DNA of 64,000 bases, from NCBI GenBank assembly GCA_964527765.1, contig CAZGQR010000001.1:118353-182352 (forward strand), in the 5' to 3' direction. Of this stretch, positions 36,054-45,115 are shown one piece after another (the stretch's first letter is position 1; each line of letters begins with the position of its first letter). Source of the DNA: an uncultured Planctomycetia bacterium. Its GTDB lineage: Bacteria; Omnitrophota; Gorgyraeia; Tantalellales; Tantalellaceae. Made by a program: the position numbers and the translations under genes. Below the pieces are notes generated by a model. That model was not told the DNA's origin. It was given only the letters and a program-made list of their open reading frames with translations, and ran no database searches.

Positions 36054-38857
36054 GTCTCCTTTCGAAAGATTATATTGTAGCATCGCTCGCACAAATCAGA
36101 GGCGTCCTTGTTCCCGCCGACGGTTTTGCTGAAATTCCAGCATCTCTGGCACTTGGCCCCCTCGGCCTTCCTCACCCCGACCTTCAGGGGAAAACCCGGG
36201 ACGCTCTCCATATCGCCTTCTTCCCGTTCCGCCGCCGTTACCTGCGAAACTATAAAAAGCGCGGGAAAAAGACCGATGTTCTCCCGGATGAACCCGCGCA
36301 TCCCGGCATCATCCGAGTAAAGCGTAATGGCCGATTCCAGGGAGCTTCCTATCATGCCCTTTTCGCGCTTCAGCTCAAGGAATTTCATGACGCTGCCCCT
36401 TATGGCCAGTATCCGCTGCCACTTCGCGTCAAGCTCCTCATCCTTCCAGCCGTCCATGTCCTTACCCGCGTCCGGCCAGTCCGCCATGTGAATGCTTTTC
36501 TCTTTCGACTTTAAAAAATCTATCGTCCCCCAGATCTCTTCGGCGGTGAAAGAAAGAATGGGAGAAACGATCCGGACCAGAACATGCAATAGATGAAAAA
36601 TGACAGTTTGTGCCGACCTTCTTTCGATAGAATCCGGTGCCATAACATACAACACGTCCTTTAAAACGTCAAGATAAAAAGCGCTTACCTCATACACGCA
36701 GAAGTCATACACGGCCCGGTACACCTTGTAAAACTCCCAGTTCTCATAATGCCTGTTCACTTCTTCGAACAATCCGTAAAACCGGGACAGCATCCATCTG
36801 TCTGTTTCCGGCAGGTCCCGGACCCGGACAGCATCCTTGGAAAAATCAAAATCATACAGGTTGCTCAGCAGAAAACGGAATGTGTTCCGTATCTTCCTGT
36901 AGCCGTCCGCAAGACGTTCCAGGATCTGCGGGGAAAGTTTTATGTCGCCTTCGTAATCGCTGGAAGCCACCCATAATCTCAGTATGTCGGCACCGTACTT
37001 GCGCATCACGTCCTGCGGGCTTATCACGTTACCGATGGATTTGGACATCTTCTTGCCCTCGCCGTCCACCACGAACCCGTGTGTAAGGACCTTGCGGTAA
37101 GGCGCGCGTTCCTTTATTGCCATCGACGTGATAAGCGCTGCCTGGAACCAGCCCCTGTGCTGATCCGAACCTTCCAGATAAAGATCGGCCGGAAAGGTCA
37201 GCCCTTCTCTGGCGTCCAGGACGGCCCTGTGGCTTACCCCGGAATCGAACCATACGTCAAGAATATCGCTTTCCCTGCGGAAATCCCTGCCGCCGCACTT
37301 CTTGCAGGCCGTATTTTCCGGGGTCAATTCGTCGATGCTCTTTTCAAACCATACATCCGCCCCGCATTGCCTTGTCATTTCGGCCACTTTCGTGATGATC
37401 CCGGCGGTGGTAAAGATCTCGCCGCACGAAACACACTGAAAAGCAGGTATGGGCACGCCCCAATACCGCTGTCTTGAAAGACACCAGTCCGGCCGCAGCC
37501 TGACCATGGCTCCTATGCGCTCCCTCCCCAGAGCGGGTATCCATTCGACCTTATTTTCGATGGTCTTCAGCATTTTATCGCGCAGGCCGAGGTGATCTAT
37601 GCTCATGAACCATTGTTCGGTGGCGCGAAATATGATAGGCTCCTTGCATCTCCAGCAGTGCGGATAAGAATGGGAGATCTCTTCCGATTTTATTAGTGAA
37701 CCTTCCGCGCGCATCTTTTCTATTATAGCGCTGTTGGCTTCCAGGACGTTCTGTCCGGCAAATTCGCCCGCTTCGGCGGTGAACTTTCCCGTGCTTCCGA
37801 CCGGCATGATGACAGGAAGGCCGTATTTTTTTCCCGTGAGATAGTCTTCCTGACCGTGGCCCGGGGCGGTATGTACGCACCCGGTGCCCTCTTCCTTCGT
37901 AACATATTCCGCCAGTACTACCAGGGATCCCCTGCCGGCAAAAGGGTGTTTCGCGTTTCCGGTCCGGCCCGCCACATCTTTCCCGGCAAATTCCCCGACA
38001 ACCCGGTAATCCTTCACTTCGAATCTTTCCATGAGGCCCCCGATAAGATCAGAAGCTATGATCCACACCTCATCGCCGACCCTGGCAAAAGAATACATGA
38101 ATTCCGGGTGCAGCGCGATCGCAACGTTAGCCAGAAGCGTCCAGGGAGTGGTGGTCCATATCACGAAATATGTCTTCAGTCCTTCCGTATCCGAATCCGC
38201 CTTGAATTTCACATATACCGAGGGGGTATTCCTGTCCTCATATTCTACTTCCGCTTCCGCCAATGCGGTCTCGCAGGTCTTACACCAGTTAACGGGTTTA
38301 AGGTCCTTGTAAATGTACCCCTTTTCGTACAGGTCCGCCAGCGCGAAAAGTATATCCGCCTCGTAATCCTTGGTCAGCGTCAAGTATGGATTTTTCCAGT
38401 CCCCGAACACTCCCAGTCTCTGAAACTCCTCGGACTGTATCCCGACGTACTTCATGGCAAAATCATAAGCCTTTTTCCTGAACTCGACCTGCCCGATATC
38501 GTGCTTGCTTATGTTCAGTTCCTTGAAAAGCTGATGTTCCACTGGCAGTCCGTGGCAATCCCAGCCGGGAACAAAGGGAGACAGGAACCCTTTCATCGTG
38601 AAATACTTGACGCACATGTCCTTGAGTATCTTGTTGAGGACATGGCCCATGTGGATCTGCGCGTTGGCGTACGGCGGGCCGTCATGCAGGATAAAAACTT
38701 TATCAGAGCTCTTGCGCTTCTCAAGGATCCCGGCATAGATATTCTCCTCTTTCCATTTCTTAAGGATCTCGGGCTCCCTTTGAGGCAGATTGGCTTTCAT
38801 GGAAAAAGAGGTCCGCGGAAGATTCAGCGTATCCTTGTATCCCGTCCCTCGCGTCAT
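36050..38857 (-). CDS. ileS: Isoleucyl-tRNA synthetase
   Basis: 935 aa; HMGH and KMSKS motifs, C-terminal zinc-binding cysteines. Confidence 0.95.
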   Translation of the reverse strand: MTRGTGYKDTLNLPRTSFSMKANLPQREPEILKKWKEENIYAGILEKRKSSDKVFILHDGPPYANAQIHMGHVLNKILKDMCVKYFTMKGFLSPFVPGWDCHGLPVEHQLFKELNISKHDIGQVEFRKKAYDFAMKYVGIQSEEFQRLGVFGDWKNPYLTLTKDYEADILFALADLYEKGYIYKDLKPVNWCKTCETALAEAEVEYEDRNTPSVYVKFKADSDTEGLKTYFVIWTTTPWTLLANVAIALHPEFMYSFARVGDEVWIIASDLIGGLMERFEVKDYRVVGEFAGKDVAGRTGNAKHPFAGRGSLVVLAEYVTKEEGTGCVHTAPGHGQEDYLTGKKYGLPVIMPVGSTGKFTAEAGEFAGQNVLEANSAIIEKMRAEGSLIKSEEISHSYPHCWRCKEPIIFRATEQWFMSIDHLGLRDKMLKTIENKVEWIPALGRERIGAMVRLRPDWCLSRQRYWGVPIPAFQCVSCGEIFTTAGIITKVAEMTRQCGADVWFEKSIDELTPENTACKKCGGRDFRRESDILDVWFDSGVSHRAVLDAREGLTFPADLYLEGSDQHRGWFQAALITSMAIKERAPYRKVLTHGFVVDGEGKKMSKSIGNVISPQDVMRKYGADILRLWVASSDYEGDIKLSPQILERLADGYRKIRNTFRFLLSNLYDFDFSKDAVRVRDLPETDRWMLSRFYGLFEEVNRHYENWEFYKVYRAVYDFCVYEVSAFYLDVLKDVLYVMAPDSIERRSAQTVIFHLLHVLVRIVSPILSFTAEEIWGTIDFLKSKEKSIHMADWPDAGKDMDGWKDEELDAKWQRILAIRGSVMKFLELKREKGMIGSSLESAITLYSDDAGMRGFIRENIGLFPALFIVSQVTAAEREEGDMESVPGFPLKVGVRKAEGAKCQRCWNFSKTVGGNKDASDLCERCYNIIFRKET

Positions 38858-39717
38858 ATAAACCCCTTGATAATCGGCTCCAGCTTCTTGAGCGTTTCCT
38901 TCGGGATGCCCTCCTTGCTGGTAATGATCGCGTCACGCAAGGCCTCTTTGCACCCGCAGGGCCGCTCATCCGGCATGTTTTTTATTGTATTGGCAAGCAT
39001 TACCTTGGCTTCCTCTAAATTCTTCTTCAGGTTTTCGACGACCATCTCGACGGAAACGGTGCTTACTTCCGGCCCCAGATACCAGCAGTCATAATCGGTC
39101 ACCATCGCCATGGTCGCGTAGCAGATCCCGGCTTCCCTCGACAGGCGCGCCTCGGGCATGCTCGTCATCCCTATTACATCCAGCCCCCAGCCTTTATACA
39201 GATACGACTCCGCCTTTGTCGAAAAGGCCGGGCCTTCCATGTTCAAATAAGTCCCGCCATTATGGATCTGAATATCAAGCTCGCGATTTGCCTTGTATAT
39301 GACCTGGCGCAGATGGGAACACACGGGCTCCGCGAACGGAATATGGGCTACGATGCCGCCGCCGAAAAAAGTCGTGGGTCTGGCCTGGTTCGTCCTGTCA
39401 ACGAACTGGTCCACAAGAAGCACATCCAAGGGACGGATATCTTCTTTGAGGCTTCCGACCGCGGCAACGGATATAATGCGGTCGACTTCCAGTAATTTGA
39501 AAGCGTAGATATTCGCCCGATAGTTTATCTCCGTCGGAAGGATCTCATGGTACCGCCCGTGCCTCGGCAGAAAAACAACCTCTTTGCCCATGTATTTGCC
39601 GATAGTAAATTCACCCGAAGGATCACCGAACGGGGTCGAAACGCGTTTCTTTTCAATGGTCTCGATCTCCTTCAGATCGTAAAGGGCGCTGCCTCCTATT
39701 ATGCCTACTCTGCTCAT
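38854..39717 (-). CDS. mtnP: S-methyl-5'-thioadenosine phosphorylase (PNP/MTAP family)
   Basis: 287 aa; IGIIGGSALYD N-terminus and PNP-family core. Confidence 0.8.
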   Translation of the reverse strand: MSRVGIIGGSALYDLKEIETIEKKRVSTPFGDPSGEFTIGKYMGKEVVFLPRHGRYHEILPTEINYRANIYAFKLLEVDRIISVAAVGSLKEDIRPLDVLLVDQFVDRTNQARPTTFFGGGIVAHIPFAEPVCSHLRQVIYKANRELDIQIHNGGTYLNMEGPAFSTKAESYLYKGWGLDVIGMTSMPEARLSREAGICYATMAMVTDYDCWYLGPEVSTVSVEMVVENLKKNLEEAKVMLANTIKNMPDERPCGCKEALRDAIITSKEGIPKETLKKLEPIIKGFI

Positions 39718-39944
39718 TTCTCCAACACCTCCACAACCTTGTTCCTGCCGGTCTGTCCCTTCAATATTATGACACTGCTTTTTTTCACGTTATATTCACG
39801 CGCGATAAGCTCCACGAGCGCTCTATTGGCCTTGCCTTTGTCAGGCGCCGCCTTGACATAGGCCTTTACCAGGCCGCTTTCTCTGATGAGCTGCTCGCGC
39901 GACGATCTTGGAAAGACTTTTACCTTTATGCGCAAAGCTGTCAC
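39714..39944 (-). CDS. DUF167 (YggU-like) protein
   Basis: 76 aa; YggU-like sequence; adjacent to yggT as in many genomes. Confidence 0.6.
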   Translation of the reverse strand: MTALRIKVKVFPRSSREQLIRESGLVKAYVKAAPDKGKANRALVELIAREYNVKKSSVIILKGQTGRNKVVEVLEK

Positions 39945-40237
39945 CCCAACCGCGTTGCGATCTGCCTGATGATGTTGACAATAAAACTTCCCACTATGTT
40001 CAGCACCAAAAACGCTACAATCGGGGAAAAATCTATTCCCCCTGCCTGCAAGGGGAGCCTTCTGAACGGCGCCAGGATAGGTTCGGTTATCCTGTAAATG
40101 ATCTGGACTATCTGATTATACGGATCCGGGTTAACCCAGGAAAGGATGATCCTGATCACCAGTATAAAATACACGATGTTCAAAACCAGGGATACCAGAC
40201 GGGACAGGCTCCAAAATAACTCTCCGATCACAAACAT
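39941..40237 (-). CDS. YggT-family membrane protein
   Basis: 98 aa two-TM protein with YggT-like sequence; between proC and DUF167. Confidence 0.65.
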   Translation of the reverse strand: MFVIGELFWSLSRLVSLVLNIVYFILVIRIILSWVNPDPYNQIVQIIYRITEPILAPFRRLPLQAGGIDFSPIVAFLVLNIVGSFIVNIIRQIATRLG

Positions 40238-40241
40238 TTTT

Positions 40242-41042
40242 TCACCTTTGTGACAATTCTTCGGACCGCTTCTTTGCTTCCCTGATAGCGGTCTTTATAG
40301 CGGATCTCAGGTCCTCTCTATCAAAAACCGATAGCGCTGCCTCTGTGGTCCCGCCTTTGGACGCGACCTTTCTTATCAGTTCCTCCGGAGAACTTTCCGT
40401 ATCTTTCATCAGCACGGCGGAACCGTACAGTGTCTGCGTGACAAGCTTCTTCGCCACATCTTCATTCAATCCCATCTCTTTGCCCGCGTCTATCATCGCC
40501 TGTGCCAGATAAAAAAGATATGCGGGCCCGCTGCCGGAAAGAGCTGTCGCGCTATCCAGAAAAACCTCGTCGACCTCAAGAACCATACCGATGCCGCCGA
40601 ATATGCTATTTATTTCCCCGGTCATCCTGACCGTATTATTATACGAAATAGAGGTTATGCTTTCGCCGGCAAACGCCGCCATATTGGGCATCGCCCTGGC
40701 AACAGGCACGTCTTTGCCAAGTATATCCGTGATCGCATCTATCCTGATACCTGCCATCACGGATACTATCGTCTGCCCCGCGATATCTCCGGAAATGCTC
40801 TTTAAAAGAATCTCGGAATCCTGCGGCTTGACCGCTATGATAACAAGGCCACAGCCCGACACAAGAGCGGACAGCTCTTCCTGTCTGGCGCCTGTTTCCT
40901 TTGCCAGCGCGGCGGCCTTTTCTATGTCCTTATCGTGCAAGAAGATAGCGTTGCCTTTCAGGATGCCTTTTTCAACCATGCCGCGCGCAATAGCGCCGCC
41001 CATGTTGCCGCATCCTATTATGCCTACCGTCAATCCCTTCAT
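40242..41042 (-). CDS. proC: Pyrroline-5-carboxylate reductase
   Basis: 266 aa; GIIGCGNMGGAIARG Rossmann start, P5CR C-terminal dimerisation domain. Confidence 0.85.
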   Translation of the reverse strand: MKGLTVGIIGCGNMGGAIARGMVEKGILKGNAIFLHDKDIEKAAALAKETGARQEELSALVSGCGLVIIAVKPQDSEILLKSISGDIAGQTIVSVMAGIRIDAITDILGKDVPVARAMPNMAAFAGESITSISYNNTVRMTGEINSIFGGIGMVLEVDEVFLDSATALSGSGPAYLFYLAQAMIDAGKEMGLNEDVAKKLVTQTLYGSAVLMKDTESSPEELIRKVASKGGTTEAALSVFDREDLRSAIKTAIREAKKRSEELSQR

Positions 41043-41190
41043 GGCTTATTTCCCCTGTTACAATTCACATTTTAATGGTTAAAATTATCATAATTTGGGT
41101 CTATTGTCAAATAATAGTATATGATTCAGGCGGCAAGGGGCAGTATCGAGATGAAGGCGGAAATGAAGGCAGGGACCGGAAGTGAAGGTA

Positions 41191-42261
41191 TCAAAAATAC
41201 CTGTCGATGAACCCCAGGGCTCTGTTAAAACCTCTTTTGATCATGTTGCTGCTCAAGCGCCGCTTCTGTTTCTCCTGCTGAAGATGATCCAGGATCCCCA
41301 AACTGCCGATATACCCTGTTTTTTCCGGAGGCAGGTCTTCGAATGGCCTCGAGATGCAACTTCCCGCCATAACGGGGACCGTAAAAAATCCTTCCAATGA
41401 TTCGATCAGGTTATCCGCAAGAGCTCCTTCGCCTGTTACCATGACCTTGCGGACTTTTTCCCATCCGGACAGAGAAGTGATCCGCGGGGTCAGCTCTTCC
41501 AGGCCCCGTGCGTCAAATTTGCCGTCTTCCGTCAGGATATTATTCGTCCCGACCGAAAAGACCTTGCAGCTGTTCAATATCCCGCGGTGAAAGACCACGA
41601 CATCCGTCAGGTCCCTGCACATATCCAGCAGGACCGCTCCTGTTTCCCTGTCTTCTTCGCTCAGAGCCCTGTACGCGGAAGCAAGCCCCGAAAACACGAA
41701 TCCTGCGGGAATAAATCCCGCCTGGGAAATACACCTGGACATATTGCGCAATACCGATGAGTTGATCGTGAGCACATTTACTCTGACTTCCAGCTTTATC
41801 CCCTCAAGATTCAGCGGGTTCTTTATTTCCTTCTCCCCGTCTATCGAAAACCCGCACACGATCCTGTGCAATGACTCCTTGTCAAGCGGAATTTTTACGG
41901 CTGAACCGATCTCGACGCATCTTCTTATATCCTTCTCGGTGACATCCCTTCCGTACCTGGAAAGCAGAAGGGCCCCGGAAGACCGGACAATATCTACCGA
42001 ACTGGAACTTACCCCCGCGTAGACATCCTGGATCTTCTTACCCGTTTTTTCCCTCAATCTGCCCAGCGCCTCTGCAATGGAATCGGTAGCAGCGGCCGCA
42101 TCGGTGACGATCCCCTTGCTGAAACCCTTTGAGCCCGTGCGGCAGAACCCTTCCAATATGAAGTCCCTGTTCCCGGTCCACCTCGCGGCAACCGCGGTGA
42201 TCCCGTGACATCCCGCATCCAGGGCGGCAAAATATCGGCCCATAAATCCCTTCTTTCGCAA
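41191..42261 (-). CDS. ftsA: Cell division protein FtsA (short form, 356 aa)
   Basis: Collinear similarity to FtsA through the actin-fold core (GIKNP..., F.GLAS.Y..LSEEDRE.G), basic amphipathic C-terminal tail; follows ftsQ. Confidence 0.7.
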   Translation of the reverse strand: MRKKGFMGRYFAALDAGCHGITAVAARWTGNRDFILEGFCRTGSKGFSKGIVTDAAAATDSIAEALGRLREKTGKKIQDVYAGVSSSSVDIVRSSGALLLSRYGRDVTEKDIRRCVEIGSAVKIPLDKESLHRIVCGFSIDGEKEIKNPLNLEGIKLEVRVNVLTINSSVLRNMSRCISQAGFIPAGFVFSGLASAYRALSEEDRETGAVLLDMCRDLTDVVVFHRGILNSCKVFSVGTNNILTEDGKFDARGLEELTPRITSLSGWEKVRKVMVTGEGALADNLIESLEGFFTVPVMAGSCISRPFEDLPPEKTGYIGSLGILDHLQQEKQKRRLSSNMIKRGFNRALGFIDRYF

Positions 42262-42276
42262 TTCAACTTATACTGT

Positions 42277-43074
42277 CTATTTCAACGATATAACAGGGTC
42301 CCTGAACCTGAGGTCTATGTAATTTATGTCCCTCACATCCATATTCGGGTCGTTCAATATTTCTTTCAGCTCATCGATCTTCCTGGAAAAATCATCCGTT
42401 CCCATCTTGACCGTCACGCCGCTGATGCCGAGCAGTATGTTGTTCCGGCCTGAAATATCGATATATTCCACATCCTTCATGTTCCTGGGCATCCTGCTGC
42501 GCAATCCGTCAAGCAGTGACAGGGCCCTGCCGAGAGCCCTGTCGGATATCCTGTTCCCTCTTGAGGGCGTATGAAGAAAGAAACTGATCCCCTTTATCCT
42601 TACCAGTTCCCTGCTTTTTTCCCCGACGCTGAGAACGACCCCCTCTGCGTCTATGACAATGCCTCCGCCGGTATCTATTACAGCTACGGGCCCCCTTGAA
42701 ACAACATCGATCTCCAATATCTCAGGCAGATTTCTTCTTACCTCCACCTTCTTTAACTGCGGAAAATCGTTTTTTATCAACGTCTGAACCTGTTTCAGGT
42801 CAACCGTGAATATGTTCCGTCCGGCATAAAGTCGTTTCAGCTTTTTTTCGCCTTCCCGAAAAGAATAGGCTGAAGGGCTGTTCACCACGACCTCTTTTAT
42901 CGTAAAAAAGGTGCTGTTTAAAAAAAAGTATCGGATGCCGTAAAAGGCACCCGCAAAAAGACCGGCACATAGAAGAAATATCAGGACCGGCCTTGCCGAA
43001 AAGACCTTTACCGGTGAAAACCCGCCTGCGCGACCTCTCGTCTTTTTCTTCTTCAAGCTTTTTTTTCTTGCCAC
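42277..43074 (-). CDS. ftsQ: Cell division protein FtsQ/DivIB
   Basis: 265 aa; basic N-terminus, single TM, POTRA and FtsQ beta-domain; position between ddl and ftsA. Confidence 0.7.
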   Translation of the reverse strand: MARKKSLKKKKTRGRAGGFSPVKVFSARPVLIFLLCAGLFAGAFYGIRYFFLNSTFFTIKEVVVNSPSAYSFREGEKKLKRLYAGRNIFTVDLKQVQTLIKNDFPQLKKVEVRRNLPEILEIDVVSRGPVAVIDTGGGIVIDAEGVVLSVGEKSRELVRIKGISFFLHTPSRGNRISDRALGRALSLLDGLRSRMPRNMKDVEYIDISGRNNILLGISGVTVKMGTDDFSRKIDELKEILNDPNMDVRDINYIDLRFRDPVISLK

Positions 43075-43109
43075 CGCACCCTCCTTCTAAAAAATAAACG
43101 TCCCGTGTT

Positions 43110-44042
43110 TCATTTTATCTTCCCGAGAGCCCCGCAAAGCATCTTAACACATAACTGCGAAAAATCCAGCCCTGCTTTCTTCGCGGCCATCGGGAGCAGG
43201 CTTCTTTCGGTAAGCCCCGGGATCGTGTTTACTTCCAGAATAAAGATCTCTCCCTCTTCCGACAGCCTCATATCCACTCGCGAGAACCCCTCGCATCCCA
43301 GAACGGCATGAGCTTTCGCCCCCGCTTCCTGCGCCTTGAGGCGATCTGCCCCGCTTAACCTTGCCGGAACAATATACTCTGTATCATTCGAGTGATATTT
43401 GGCCCCAAAATCATACACCCCGTCCGCAGCGATGATCTCAATGACCGGCAACGGTCTATCGTCAAGCACTCCGACCGTCATTTCCCTGCCCGGCACAAAT
43501 CTTTCAATAATGATCTCTTCGCTGAATTCAGCCGCTTTATCTATCGCTTCGCGGATATGATCCGCCGAAGGGACTACAGAAAGCCCGATGCTTGACCCTT
43601 CATACCTGGGCTTGACAACACACGGAAAATGAATATCCAGACCCGAAACATCTTCTTTGCCATTTACGACACTGTATTCGGGGACCCGCAAGCCGTGATC
43701 CCTGAATCTCTTTTTGGACGCCAGTTTATCAAGCGCAAGATGTGACGCTTCCGGACCGGACCCGGTGTACGGGATATTCCTCCGGCCCAGCATCCTCTGA
43801 ACGGTTCCGTCCTCCCCGAACCTGCCATGAAGGGCGATAAAGGCCACGTTTATGCCGGACCGATCGACCAGGGAACAAAAATCCTCTTCCGTTACATCGA
43901 GAAACTTCGCTTCAAGGTCCATGCCCCGCAGCGCATCGAAAACGGCCTTCCCGCTTTTGAGGCTTATTTCCCTTTCGCTGGAAGGGCCTCCGGCAAGCAC
44001 CCCGATCCTGTATCTCCTCAGCAGATCCAATTCCTTGTTCAT
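43110..44042 (-). CDS. ddl: D-alanine--D-alanine ligase
   Basis: 310 aa ATP-grasp enzyme; Ddl-type sequence; dcw position. Confidence 0.9.
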   Translation of the reverse strand: MNKELDLLRRYRIGVLAGGPSSEREISLKSGKAVFDALRGMDLEAKFLDVTEEDFCSLVDRSGINVAFIALHGRFGEDGTVQRMLGRRNIPYTGSGPEASHLALDKLASKKRFRDHGLRVPEYSVVNGKEDVSGLDIHFPCVVKPRYEGSSIGLSVVPSADHIREAIDKAAEFSEEIIIERFVPGREMTVGVLDDRPLPVIEIIAADGVYDFGAKYHSNDTEYIVPARLSGADRLKAQEAGAKAHAVLGCEGFSRVDMRLSEEGEIFILEVNTIPGLTERSLLPMAAKKAGLDFSQLCVKMLCGALGKIK

Positions 44043-44968
44043 AGGATCTCTATCTCCGGTTCAAGCTCTATCAAAAACTTTTTACGGACTTTATCGCGGA
44101 TATCATCCATAAGACCGATCACGTCTGCGGAAGTCGCGCCGCCGGTATTTATGATAAAATTGGCGTGTTTTCTGGAAACCTGTGCCGCGCCGCGGCGATA
44201 TCCCTTCATCCCGACCCTGTCTATTAATTCTCCGCTGGCATATTTGCGCTGACCGGGATTTTTAAAAACACAGCCCAGGCTCCTTTCGCCGAGAGGCTGT
44301 TTTTTTATCTTTTCGGCAAAATAGGTCTTGAGCCTTTCCTGCGCCCTGGCCGGCAGTTCCTCATCAAGCTGAAAAACCGCCTGGAGTATGATCCCTTTCC
44401 TGTCAAAAGAAGACCGGCGATATCCAAATTCGAGGTTTTCTTTCTCTATCCATTTTGTCTCCCCCGCGGCAGAGAGAAACAGGGCTCTCGACAATCGTTC
44501 GCTTATCGCGGTCCGGTATGAGGCGTTTACGCTCAGAGCTCCACCGACGCTCGCGGGAATACCTACCAGGCCTTCCAATCCCGTAAGCCCGTGCGCGCAA
44601 GCCCCGGATATAAGCTCTCCCAGGCCCGCACCGGCACCGGCAGTGACGGCCCTGCCCCTGAAAGTGATCTCCCTGAAAAGATCGGCCGACAGATTGATAA
44701 CGACCGCGTCCAGTCCCTTGTCCGGGATCAGCACATTGCTTCCGCGGCCTACAACGATCGTCCTGACGCCGGAATCGGCGAGCAACACCACGGCTTCCCG
44801 CAATTCTTCCGGTGATGCGGGCATATACCACGCTGATGCTCTGCCTCCGATCGATATAGTGCTGTGCTCGTGAAGAGGATGATCGAACATGACGGTGCCG
44901 CCTCCTCCGGAGCATAACCTGTCCAAACTGTCGCGAACTTTTCTATTTAACATGGTGTCTGCCATCAT
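44039..44968 (-). CDS. murB: UDP-N-acetylenolpyruvoylglucosamine reductase
   Basis: FAD-binding domain (GGRASAWYMPASPEEL, GRGSNVL) plus MurB C-terminal domain. The start is moved to the internal ATGATG because the track ORF runs upstream through repeat B. Confidence 0.85.
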   Translation of the reverse strand: MMADTMLNRKVRDSLDRLCSGGGGTVMFDHPLHEHSTISIGGRASAWYMPASPEELREAVVLLADSGVRTIVVGRGSNVLIPDKGLDAVVINLSADLFREITFRGRAVTAGAGAGLGELISGACAHGLTGLEGLVGIPASVGGALSVNASYRTAISERLSRALFLSAAGETKWIEKENLEFGYRRSSFDRKGIILQAVFQLDEELPARAQERLKTYFAEKIKKQPLGERSLGCVFKNPGQRKYASGELIDRVGMKGYRRGAAQVSRKHANFIINTGGATSADVIGLMDDIRDKVRKKFLIELEPEIEIL

Positions 44969-45016
44969 TTTATGGATTCCCGCTTCCGCGGGAATGACAT
45001 AATATGTTTTCTCGTG

Positions 45017-45114
45017 ACTACTCAGGTAGTCAGCGATTAGGCCGTTTGTCATGCTCCGTACAGGGAGGATCCACACCGGGCGGAGGGGCCCTGGTAGGAG
45101 CATGGCAAACGGCC
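45017..45114. repeat. Intergenic repeat element copy B (murC-murB spacer), including an 18-bp stem hairpin
   Basis: 45017..45088 is about 80% identical to 18639..18710. ggccgtttgtcatgctcc (45040..45057) pairs with ggagcatggcaaacggcc (45097..45114). Confidence 0.6.
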
Positions 45115-45115
45115 T

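Noticed and set aside
37856-39094. 412-aa plus-strand ORF
   Set aside because: Antisense to ileS and mtnP. No recognisable domains. The opposite strand is confidently coding.
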